24,000 nucleotides of DNA from Rhodospirillales bacterium (GTDB lineage Bacteria; Pseudomonadota; Alphaproteobacteria; Kiloniellales; JAKSDN01), in the NCBI GenBank assembly GCA_965225935.1, contig CBDDCC010000016.1, positions 200,706-224,705 of the forward strand. The letters run 5' to 3'. Under the pieces are notes generated by a model that was given only the letters and a program-made list of their open reading frames with translations, was not told the DNA's origin and ran no database searches. Numbering within the stretch: the first letter of the stretch is position 1; each line of letters begins with the position of its first letter. Shown here piece by piece: positions 1-5,850 of this stretch. A program made the position numbers and the translations under genes.

Positions 1-179
1 GCGCAGGCCGTCGCGGCCGAGATCAAGGCCGCGCCCGAGCCCAGCGAGAGACCGGAGAGGAACAGCGGCAGCGGCACCAGCAACATGAAAAGGGCGCCGC
101 CAGGGACGACGAACGCGAACAGCAGGGGCAGGGCGCTGGCCAGCCCGCAGAGCAATGCCAGAACTGTGCTCTTGCTCAT
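1..179 (-). CDS. Hydrophobic membrane protein, N-terminal part only (gene runs off the window edge). Its position downstream of rpsR fits the DUF2232-type membrane protein often found between rpsR and rplI in alphaproteobacteria.
   Basis: Hand translation of the minus strand from ATG (179-177) gives MSKSTVLALLCGLASALPLLFAFVVPGGALFMLLVPLPLFLSGLSLGSGAALISAATA..., open to position 1. The sequence is very hydrophobic with GC3-rich codons. It is absent from the ORF track because it is truncated. The family assignment is from memory of synteny only. Confidence 0.45.
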   Translation of the reverse strand, partial: MSKSTVLALLCGLASALPLLFAFVVPGGALFMLLVPLPLFLSGLSLGSGAALISAATAC

Positions 180-262
180 GTCGCACCGCTGCTCGGCTCC
201 GGTCCCGGTGCCGGCGGCCCGGGTCGCGCCGCCCGCGCCCACGAGACCGCGCCTGGCCGCCG

Positions 263-520
263 CTACTTGACGATGTAGGGCAGCAGGGCGAGGTAGCGGG
301 CCCGCTTGATGGCCTTGGCCAACTCCCGCTGCTTCTTGGAGGAGACCGCTGTGATGCGGCTCGGCACGATCTTGCCGCGCTCGGAGACGAAGCGCTGCAG
401 CAGCTTCACGTCCTTGTAGTCGATCTTGGGTGCGTTGGGGCCGCTGAAGGGGCAGCTCTTGCGGCGCCGGAAGAACGGCCGCCGGACGGTCGCGCCCTTG
501 CTGACGATCTGTACGCTCAT
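263..520 (-). CDS. rpsR: 30S ribosomal protein S18
   Basis: The 85-aa ORF contains RRRKSCPF...[50 protein letters not shown], a textbook S18 sequence. Its start overlaps the rpsF stop as ATGA (plus-strand tcat at 517-520), indicating translational coupling. Confidence 0.97.
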   Translation of the reverse strand: MSVQIVSKGATVRRPFFRRRKSCPFSGPNAPKIDYKDVKLLQRFVSERGKIVPSRITAVSSKKQRELAKAIKRARYLALLPYIVK

Positions 521-1107
521 TCCTTGGCTCCCGTCTCGCTCTTGTCCGCCTCGCCCTTGCCGGCGGCGTCCTCGGTCTTGGCCCCGGCGTCGTCCTCAGC
601 CTTCGCCTTGGCGGGCCCGCCCCTGTCACGGCTGTCCCTGTCACGGCCGTCCCTGTCGCGGCTGTCCCGATCGCGGCCGCCCCTGTCGCGGTCGTCCCGG
701 TCACGGCCGCCGCGGTCCCGGCCGCCCCGGTCGAAGCCCCGGTCGAAGCCGCCGCGCCGCCCGCCACGGCCGGAGTCCCGGCTGCCGCGGCTGCGCAGCA
801 CGATCGACTCTTCGCTTTCCAGCTCGTCGACCCGCACGGTCAGATAGCGGATCACGTCCTCGTTGATCCGCATGTTCCGTTCCATCTCCAGCACCGCGTT
901 CGACGGCCCGTCGATGTTCAGCAGCACGTAGTGGCCCTTGCGGTTCTTCTTGATCCGGTACTGCAGGTTGCGCAGGCCCCAGTTTTCCTTCTTGGTGACC
1001 TGTCCGCCGTTCTCTTGGATGATGCTGGAGAAGCTCTCGGCCAGGCTGTCGGCCTGGGTCCCGGAAATGTCCTGGCGCGCGATGAACACGCTTTCGTAGT
1101 ACGGCAT
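517..1107 (-). CDS. rpsF: 30S ribosomal protein S6 with a long Arg/Asp/Gly-repeat and acidic C-terminal extension
   Basis: The N-terminal ~100 aa ([22 protein letters not shown]...[27 protein letters not shown]...[15 protein letters not shown]) form a canonical S6 fold sequence. The gene sits immediately upstream of rpsR. The total length of 196 aa comes from the repetitive tail. Confidence 0.95.
   Translation of the reverse strand: MPYYESVFIARQDISGTQADSLAESFSSIIQENGGQVTKKENWGLRNLQYRIKKNRKGHYVLLNIDGPSNAVLEMERNMRINEDVIRYLTVRVDELESEESIVLRSRGSRDSGRGGRRGGFDRGFDRGGRDRGGRDRDDRDRGGRDRDSRDRDGRDRDSRDRGGPAKAKAEDDAGAKTEDAAGKGEADKSETGAKE
621..749 (-). repeat. Imperfect in-frame tandem repeat inside rpsF: seven 15-nt units followed by two 12-nt units
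   Basis: Plus-strand units are ccctgtcacggctgt (621), ccctgtcacggccgt (636), ccctgtcgcggctgt (651), cccgatcgcggccgc (666), ccctgtcgcggtcgt (681), cccggtcacggccgc (696) and cgcggtcccggccgc (711), then cccggtcgaagc twice (726 and 738). Together they encode [44 protein letters not shown]. Confidence 0.9.
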
Positions 1108-1257
1108 GCCTCGGTTACTCCCTTCGGCTATTGCTGGACCGGCGCCGGCGTCCGTCCGCCCGGCGGCCCGGTCCTAGCCGGCCCGATTCGTGCCTGAATT
1201 AATGTTGGCTTCGGGACCGGCAAGGAGCAGTCATCCCCGCGGTCTCTCCCCGCGAGG
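1108..1257 (-). promoter_or_regulatory. rpsF 5' leader (~150 nt) with a stable GC hairpin; candidate S6:S18 autoregulatory leader
   Basis: On the minus strand, GGACCGG-GC-CGCCGG-[11 nt]-CCGGCG-CCGGTCC (plus coordinates 1136-1174) forms a 13-bp bulged stem about 30 nt upstream of the start codon. A smaller CGCGG/CCGCG hairpin lies at 1238-1254. The functional assignment is inference by analogy to described rpsF leaders. Confidence 0.35.
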
Positions 1258-1263
1258 CGCGCG

Positions 1264-1291
1264 ACTATACAACATAGCCTGGGCTCTGCAA
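1264..1291 (-). promoter_or_regulatory. Candidate sigma70-type promoter for rpsF-rpsR
   Basis: The minus strand reads TTGCAG-N16-TATAGT (reverse complement of 1264-1291). Confidence 0.4.
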
Positions 1292-1311
1292 GACCCGCGC
1301 CCCGACCTTCC

Positions 1312-1339
1312 TTGACAGGTGGCGCCCGTCCACTATCTC
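1312..1339 (+). promoter_or_regulatory. Candidate sigma70-type promoter for fabD-fabG
   Basis: TTGACA (1312-1317), a 16-nt spacer, then TATCTC (1334-1339), about 70 nt upstream of the fabD ATG. Confidence 0.35.
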
Positions 1340-1409
1340 TGATCGCCGGCAGGCTCGGCACACTGTTCGCCGCCGCCTGCGCGCGGCGGGCACGGCATCG
1401 AGAGGACCC

Positions 1410-2351
1410 ATGGCACGCGCATTCGTCTTTCCCGGCCAGGGCTCCCAGGCGGTCGGCATGGGCCGCGAGCTGGCCGAGGCCTTCCCGGCCGCCCGCCACC
1501 TCTTCGAGGAGGTGGACGACGCGCTCGGGCAGAGGCTCTCCCGGCTCGCTTTCGAGGGGCCCGAGGACGAGCTTACCCTGACCGCCAATGCCCAGCCGGC
1601 GCTGATGGCGGTCAGCCTGGCCGCGCTGCGGGTGCTGGAGCAGGAAGGCGGTTTGGTGCTGGCCGAGAAGGTGGATTTCGTGGCCGGGCATTCGCTCGGC
1701 GAGTACTCGGCGCTCGCCGCCGCGGGCACTCTCGCGGTAGCCGACGCCGCCCGCCTGCTGCGCCGCCGCGGCGAGGCCATGCAGGAGGCCGTGCCTGTCG
1801 GCGAGGGCGCCATGGCGGCGCTCCTCGGCCTCGAGCTGGAGGAGGTCCGCGCGGTGGCCGAGGAGGCGGCCGACGGCCAGGTCTGCGAGCCCGCCAACGA
1901 CAACGCGCCCGGACAGGTGGTGGTCAGCGGCGATGCGGCGGCCGTGGAGCGGGCGCTCGCGCTCGCCGCCGAGCGGGGCGCCCGGCGCAGCGTCCTGCTG
2001 CCGGTTTCCGCCCCCTTCCACTGCGCCCTCATGCAGCCGGCCGCCGAGGTCATGGCCGAGGCCCTGGAGCCGGTCACCCTTCAGCCGCCCCAGGTGCCGG
2101 TGGTGCCCAACGTGACGGCCCAGCCGGTCAGCGAGCCGGACACGCTGAGGCGGCTGCTGGTCCAGCAGGTGACCGGCATGGTGCGCTGGCGGGAATCGGT
2201 GCTGGCCATGCGGGACGCGGGCGTCGACAGCCTGGTCGAGCTCGGCGCCGGCCGGGTGCTGACCGGCCTGGCGCGGCGCATCGACCGGGATCTTGCGGGC
2301 CAGGCCGTGGGCACGCCGGCCGACATCGAAGCGCTCATGAAGACCTTCTGA
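1410..2351 (+). CDS. fabD: Malonyl-CoA:ACP transacylase
   Basis: The 313-aa ORF starts FVFPGQGSQAVGMG and has the active-site motif GHSLGEYSAL. A GAGAGGA RBS lies 5 nt upstream of the ATG. Synteny with fabG supports the call. Confidence 0.95.
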   Translation: MARAFVFPGQGSQAVGMGRELAEAFPAARHLFEEVDDALGQRLSRLAFEGPEDELTLTANAQPALMAVSLAALRVLEQEGGLVLAEKVDFVAGHSLGEYSALAAAGTLAVADAARLLRRRGEAMQEAVPVGEGAMAALLGLELEEVRAVAEEAADGQVCEPANDNAPGQVVVSGDAAAVERALALAAERGARRSVLLPVSAPFHCALMQPAAEVMAEALEPVTLQPPQVPVVPNVTAQPVSEPDTLRRLLVQQVTGMVRWRESVLAMRDAGVDSLVELGAGRVLTGLARRIDRDLAGQAVGTPADIEALMKTF

Positions 2352-2401
2352 CCTAGCGAAGCTGCAGTTGAATCGAACGGCGACGAGGATGGGTCCGGAC
2401 C

Positions 2402-3142
2402 ATGTTTGATCTCGAAGGCAAAGCCGCCCTGGTGACCGGGGCGTCGGGCGGAATCGGCGGCGCCATCGCCCGGACGTTGCACCGCCAGGGCGCGGCCGTG
2501 GCGCTCTCGGGCACGCGGCGCGAAGCCCTGGAGGCGCTCGCCGCGGAGCTGGGCGAGCGGGCGGCGATGGTGCCCTGCAACCTCTCCGACCCGGAGGCGA
2601 CGGCGGCCCTGCCGGGTGCGGCGGAGGAGGCCCTGGGCGCGGAGCTCGGCATCCTGGTGAACAACGCCGGCCTGACTCGCGACAATCTCGCCATGCGCAT
2701 GAAGGACGAGGAGTGGGACCAGGTGCTGCAGGTGAACCTGAGCGCCGGCTTCCGGCTGGTCCGGGCCAGCCTGCGGGGCATGATGAAGCGCCGCTGGGGG
2801 CGCATCGTCTCCATCACCTCGATCGTCGGCACCACCGGCAACCCGGGCCAGGCGAACTACGCCGCCTCCAAGGCCGCGCTGACCGGCATGTCCAAGTCGC
2901 TCGCCCAGGAGGTCGCCTCGCGCGGCATCACGGTGAACTGCGTGGCGCCGGGCTTCATCGAAACCCCCATGACCGACGTCCTGGAGCCGGCCCAGCGCGA
3001 GCGGCTCCTGGCCGGCATCCCGGCGGGGCGGCTCGGCACGCCCGACGACGTGGCCTGCTGTGTCGCCTTCCTGGCGAGCGAGGAAAGCGCCTACGTCACC
3101 GGCCAGACGCTGCACGTGAACGGCGGCATGGCGATGATCTGA
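2402..3142 (+). CDS. fabG: 3-oxoacyl-ACP reductase (SDR family)
   Basis: The 246-aa ORF has the TGASGGIG cofactor motif, NNAG, the catalytic YAASKAAL (YxxxK) motif, and the C-terminal GQTLHVNGGMAMI ending typical of FabG. Confidence 0.95.
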   Translation: MFDLEGKAALVTGASGGIGGAIARTLHRQGAAVALSGTRREALEALAAELGERAAMVPCNLSDPEATAALPGAAEEALGAELGILVNNAGLTRDNLAMRMKDEEWDQVLQVNLSAGFRLVRASLRGMMKRRWGRIVSITSIVGTTGNPGQANYAASKAALTGMSKSLAQEVASRGITVNCVAPGFIETPMTDVLEPAQRERLLAGIPAGRLGTPDDVACCVAFLASEESAYVTGQTLHVNGGMAMI

Positions 3143-3144
3143 GA

Positions 3145-3173
3145 CCGGCGCCCGGGCATCGCCCGGGCGCCGG
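3145..3173. terminator. Strong GC hairpin immediately after the fabG stop (13-bp stem, 3-nt loop, no U-tract)
   Basis: CCGGCGCCCGGGC-atc-GCCCGGGCGCCGG starts 3 nt after the TGA at 3140-3142. It lies between convergent genes. The lack of a T-run keeps confidence as an intrinsic terminator moderate. Confidence 0.4.
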
Positions 3174-3311
3174 CGCTCGATCACGTGGAACGTCCGGACT
3201 TCCTGCTTTGATTGGTTTGCTGCCGGGCACCCGACCGGCGTCCGTCGAGCTGCGCCGGCGGGGTTTGCCGCGCCGTCTGCCGGGACCGAGCGAAGGGCCT
3301 GGCTGGAGGGC

Positions 3312-4367
3312 CTAGCTGGCCTCCTCCGCCTCCATCTTGGCCGAGTCCTGCGATGTGTCGGCGATGGCGCCCGTGGCGTTGTCCCAGGCGCCCTCGGCCC
3401 AGTGCAGCATGGCCTCGATCTCGGGCCCGGTCCGCTCCTTGATCGTGCCGATCTGGTTCTTCAGCGCGGCGTAGCGGTAGCCCAGCACGCGCCAGCCGAA
3501 GCCGTCCGCGTAGTCGCCGAAGGCTGCCCAGTAGTCTTCCTTGTCGTAGTGGGCGTTGCCCCGCTCGTAGAGCGCTTCCTCGTGATCGCGCCGGCGCTCG
3601 AGCGTCTCGTCGAACTCGGCGATCGCCAGGTCGGTCGCGCCCATCTGCCGGTAGACCAGGCCGCGGTTGAAGCGGGCGCTGACGTTCTCCGGATCCAGGC
3701 CCAGCACCTTGGCGTACTCCTGCATGGCGGAGTGGTAGTCGCCGTGCCGGTGCTGCTGCGCGCCGCGCGCCAGGCGCCCCATTACCTCGATGTCGGTCAC
3801 CACGCTGCCGGCCGGCTTGCCGTTGGCCTCGAGCCGGTCGGTATAGTCCTGGATGGCGCGCTGAGTGCGCGGCCCCATGACGCCGTCGACGGCACCGATG
3901 TCGAAGCCCATGGCGATGAGCTGGGTCTGGATCACCAGCATGCGGTCGCTCTCGCCGTCCTCCGCCGCTGCGCTCTCGTCCGCCGTCTCGGCTGGCGTCT
4001 CCGTGGCCAGGTCGCTCACCACCGGGAAGTCGATCTGCTCGACCACCCAGCAGCTGGCGTCGGCATAGCGATGACAGTCGGTATGCAGCCGGGCCACGAA
4101 GGGCTGCGCGCTGACCACACCCAGCTCCTCGCGCACCGCGGAGGCGCCTTCGAAGACCCAGGTCTCGGGCGCCGCGTCCGGCTCCAGGCCGGTGACGTCG
4201 GAGACTTCACGGCGCTCGGCGTTGGCCGCAAGCGCCTGTTCGATCGCGCTGACCACGCCGTAGGTCGGCTGCCTCTCCGGGCTGTCGTCGCCGAAGATCA
4301 GCGGCACGGCGATCCAGATAGGGATGAACAGCGCCACCAGGCCGAGAAACTTCAGAAAACCCTTCAT
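3312..4367 (-). CDS. Membrane-anchored periplasmic protein with a peptidoglycan-binding (PG_binding_1-like) domain and TPR repeats; function unknown
   Basis: The 351-aa ORF has an N-terminal hydrophobic anchor (FLGLVALFIPIWIAVPLIF), a ~100-aa region with a Cys pair (TDCHRYADASCW) and an acidic linker. These are followed by LIAMGFDIGAVDGVMGPRTQRAIQDY (PG-binding motif) and TPR-like helices (HGDYHSAMQEYAKVLGLDPENVSARFNRGLVYRQMGATDLAIAEFDETL...ALYERGNAHYDKEDYWAAFGDY). The codons are GC3-rich. Confidence 0.8.
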   Translation of the reverse strand: MKGFLKFLGLVALFIPIWIAVPLIFGDDSPERQPTYGVVSAIEQALAANAERREVSDVTGLEPDAAPETWVFEGASAVREELGVVSAQPFVARLHTDCHRYADASCWVVEQIDFPVVSDLATETPAETADESAAAEDGESDRMLVIQTQLIAMGFDIGAVDGVMGPRTQRAIQDYTDRLEANGKPAGSVVTDIEVMGRLARGAQQHRHGDYHSAMQEYAKVLGLDPENVSARFNRGLVYRQMGATDLAIAEFDETLERRRDHEEALYERGNAHYDKEDYWAAFGDYADGFGWRVLGYRYAALKNQIGTIKERTGPEIEAMLHWAEGAWDNATGAIADTSQDSAKMEAEEAS

Positions 4368-4874
4368 GCCAAATCCATTCTCAAAACAAATGGTCTCAAT
4401 AGGATACGCATAAGAACCGATTACACTATACCAACCACAAGCGCGGCGGCCAAAGCGGTTTTCTCGCGTTTATGGTTACTATTCGAATGTTTTGGTGCCC
4501 GACCGACTTGCCGTATTGCGGTCGTTACTTCAAGAACTCCGCCGAATCTCGCCTCTGATTTGGATGGCTGTTAACCTTGTTTGTAAACAAAAAGCCCCAT
4601 TCTCATAATAGTAGAGAGTCTATACCGAACAGAGCATTTTGTGAAGTACTACGGCTATATTTGCCGGCGGCGTACAGGCTTGGGACGCCGAGCGCCACGC
4701 CGCGTCCGCTGGCCGGAGCCCGCCGAGACCGGCAATGGCAACGCGTCCGGCGCGCGGGCCCTTGCCCGGGCTTCAGGGGCTTCAGGGGCGGATTGCCGGC
4801 GGCGGGGATACCCGGGCCGATCCCGCCAGTATAATGGCGCAAAGGACAAGCAAACACTGATCCGGAGAGACAGG

Positions 4875-5219
4875 ATGAAAAAGAGAGGAACGGTTCTGGC
4901 AATCGCGCTGCTCGCCACGAGCTCATCCCTGGCGCTTGCGGGCGAGGGCAAGGCGGGCCGCTGGTTCGACCGGCTCGACACCAACAGCGATGGCGTCATC
5001 ACCCAGGGCGAGATGGAAGCCCGGCGCAGCGAACGCTTCGCCAAGATCGACGCGGATGGCGACGGCATGATCGCCCTCGAGGAGTACAACGCCCAGGCCC
5101 AGGAGCGCTTCGCCCGCGCCGACCGGGACGGCAACGGCGAGATCTCCAAGGAGGAGTTCACCCAGATCGCCAAGGAGTGGCGCAAAAAGCACAAGCGGTC
5201 CGACAAGCAGTCGGACTAG
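4875..5219 (+). CDS. Secreted/periplasmic EF-hand calcium-binding protein (three canonical EF loops)
   Basis: I chose the start at ATG 4875 (GGAGAGA RBS at 4865-4871) rather than the track start at 4641. The signal peptide is MKKRGTVLAIALLATSSSLALA|GE. The EF loops are DTNSDGVITQGE, DADGDGMIALEE and DRDGNGEISKEE. The product is 114 aa. Confidence 0.85.
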   Translation: MKKRGTVLAIALLATSSSLALAGEGKAGRWFDRLDTNSDGVITQGEMEARRSERFAKIDADGDGMIALEEYNAQAQERFARADRDGNGEISKEEFTQIAKEWRKKHKRSDKQSD

Positions 5220-5231
5220 GCGCGCGCGACC

Positions 5232-5288
5232 AAGGGGCGCGGCCCCCGGTTGCCCTAGCCGGCGCCGGGAGCCGCGCCCCTTGCTTTG
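5232..5288 (+). terminator. Candidate intrinsic terminator of the EF-hand gene
   Basis: AAGGGGCGCGGC (5232-5243) pairs perfectly with GCCGCGCCCCTT (5271-5282). An inner CCCGG/CCGGG extension is present, followed by GCTTTG. The element starts 13 nt after the TAG stop. Confidence 0.5.
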
Positions 5289-5542
5289 CCCTGCCCGGCC
5301 CCACGGCTCTCCGACGCGCGGTCGGCCCGGCCGGCTGGGCGCGTTCGAGGCGTGAGAGAAGCCCGCACGGGCGGCCTTGGCCGCTGTCTCCAGCGACCCT
5401 CTGGCGAGCCTTTCTGGGGCGCTTTCCTATCGGCTGGAACTGTGTTAAGAGGCGCGCCGGCGCGGGCTGAGGCAGGGATTCGAAGCGCCCGCACGGGTTC
5501 TGTTCGCTGCCCTAACGACACTTGCAATTTGAGGGATTGGCA

Positions 5543-5779
5543 ATGAGCAACGACATCGCCGAACGCGTCAAGAAGATCGTGGTCGAGCACCTCGGGGTTG
5601 ACGAGGCCAAAGTGAACGAGGGCGCCAGTTTCATCGACGACCTCGGGGCCGATTCGCTGGACACGGTCGAGCTGGTCATGGCCTTCGAGGAAGAGTTCGG
5701 CTGCGAGATTCCCGACGACGCGGCCGAGAAGATCGTCACGGTCAAGGACGCCGTCGATTTCATCCAGCAGAACGCCTAG
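5543..5779 (+). CDS. acpP: Acyl carrier protein
   Basis: [24 protein letters not shown]...[24 protein letters not shown] contains the DSL phosphopantetheine-attachment serine. The product is 78 aa. ATG 5543 with a GAGGGA RBS (5531-5536) is preferred over the TTG at 5522. Confidence 0.96.
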   Translation: MSNDIAERVKKIVVEHLGVDEAKVNEGASFIDDLGADSLDTVELVMAFEEEFGCEIPDDAAEKIVTVKDAVDFIQQNA

Positions 5780-5793
5780 TCTCTCAGTCTGTT

Positions 5794-5830
5794 GGCCGCC
5801 GGCGTGAGCCTGCCGGACCGGCCGCTTTGC
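5794..5830 (+). terminator. Hairpin plus T-run between acpP and fabF (candidate attenuator or partial terminator)
   Basis: GGCCGCCGG (5794-5802) pairs with CCGG-AC-CGGCC (5813-5823) with a 2-nt bulge and a 10-nt loop, followed by GCTTTGC. Confidence 0.35.
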
Positions 5831-5850
5831 CCCTAAGAGCCGTTGGCAAG

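Noticed and set aside
621-749. Regularly spaced 15-nt repeats considered as a possible CRISPR or mini-satellite.
   Set aside because: The units are contiguous with no spacers, in frame, and lie inside rpsF. This is a coding tandem repeat, not a CRISPR array.
155-847. A 230-aa plus-strand ORF with [12 protein letters not shown] / PPRSRPPRS repeats, and the overlapping ORF at 426..866.
   Set aside because: They are the antisense and off-frame readout of rpsR and the rpsF tandem repeat. The repeats mirror the S6 RDR repeat, and there is no independent start or RBS support.
2081-3184. A 367-aa minus-strand ORF antisense to fabG. Similar long antisense ORFs are 3402..4574(+), 6971..8065(-), 8182..9360(-), 9107..10171(-), 14966..16384(-), 17065..18270(-), 20028..21032(+) and 21754..22713(+).
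   Set aside because: Each lies opposite a gene with unmistakable family motifs. Their translations are Arg/Ala/Gly/Pro/His-rich, low-complexity and without recognisable motifs. Stop-poor antisense frames are expected in DNA with this GC content.
4641-4874. A 78-aa N-terminal extension of the EF-hand ORF from the track start at 4641. Similar 5' extensions occur for pepA (14765), ndk (20879), the ABC-F gene (20852), acpP (5522), fabF (5827) and yicC (8248).
   Set aside because: The extensions are Arg/Gly/Pro-rich with no homology signal. Internal ATGs with better RBS context give products of canonical length that begin with family-typical N-termini or signal peptides.
5470-5500. A tRNA T-arm-like GGGATTCGAAGCG upstream of acpP.
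   Set aside because: The flanking bases do not form a T-stem, and no acceptor, D or anticodon arms can be drawn. It is part of the repeated GAAGCGCCCGCACGGG motif instead.
3143-5542. The idea that the fabG-acpP insertion is a mobile element or genomic island.
   Set aside because: There is no integrase, transposase, tRNA attachment site, terminal inverted repeat or flanking direct repeat. Both genes have host-like GC3-rich codon usage, and only the intergenic promoter region is AT-rich.
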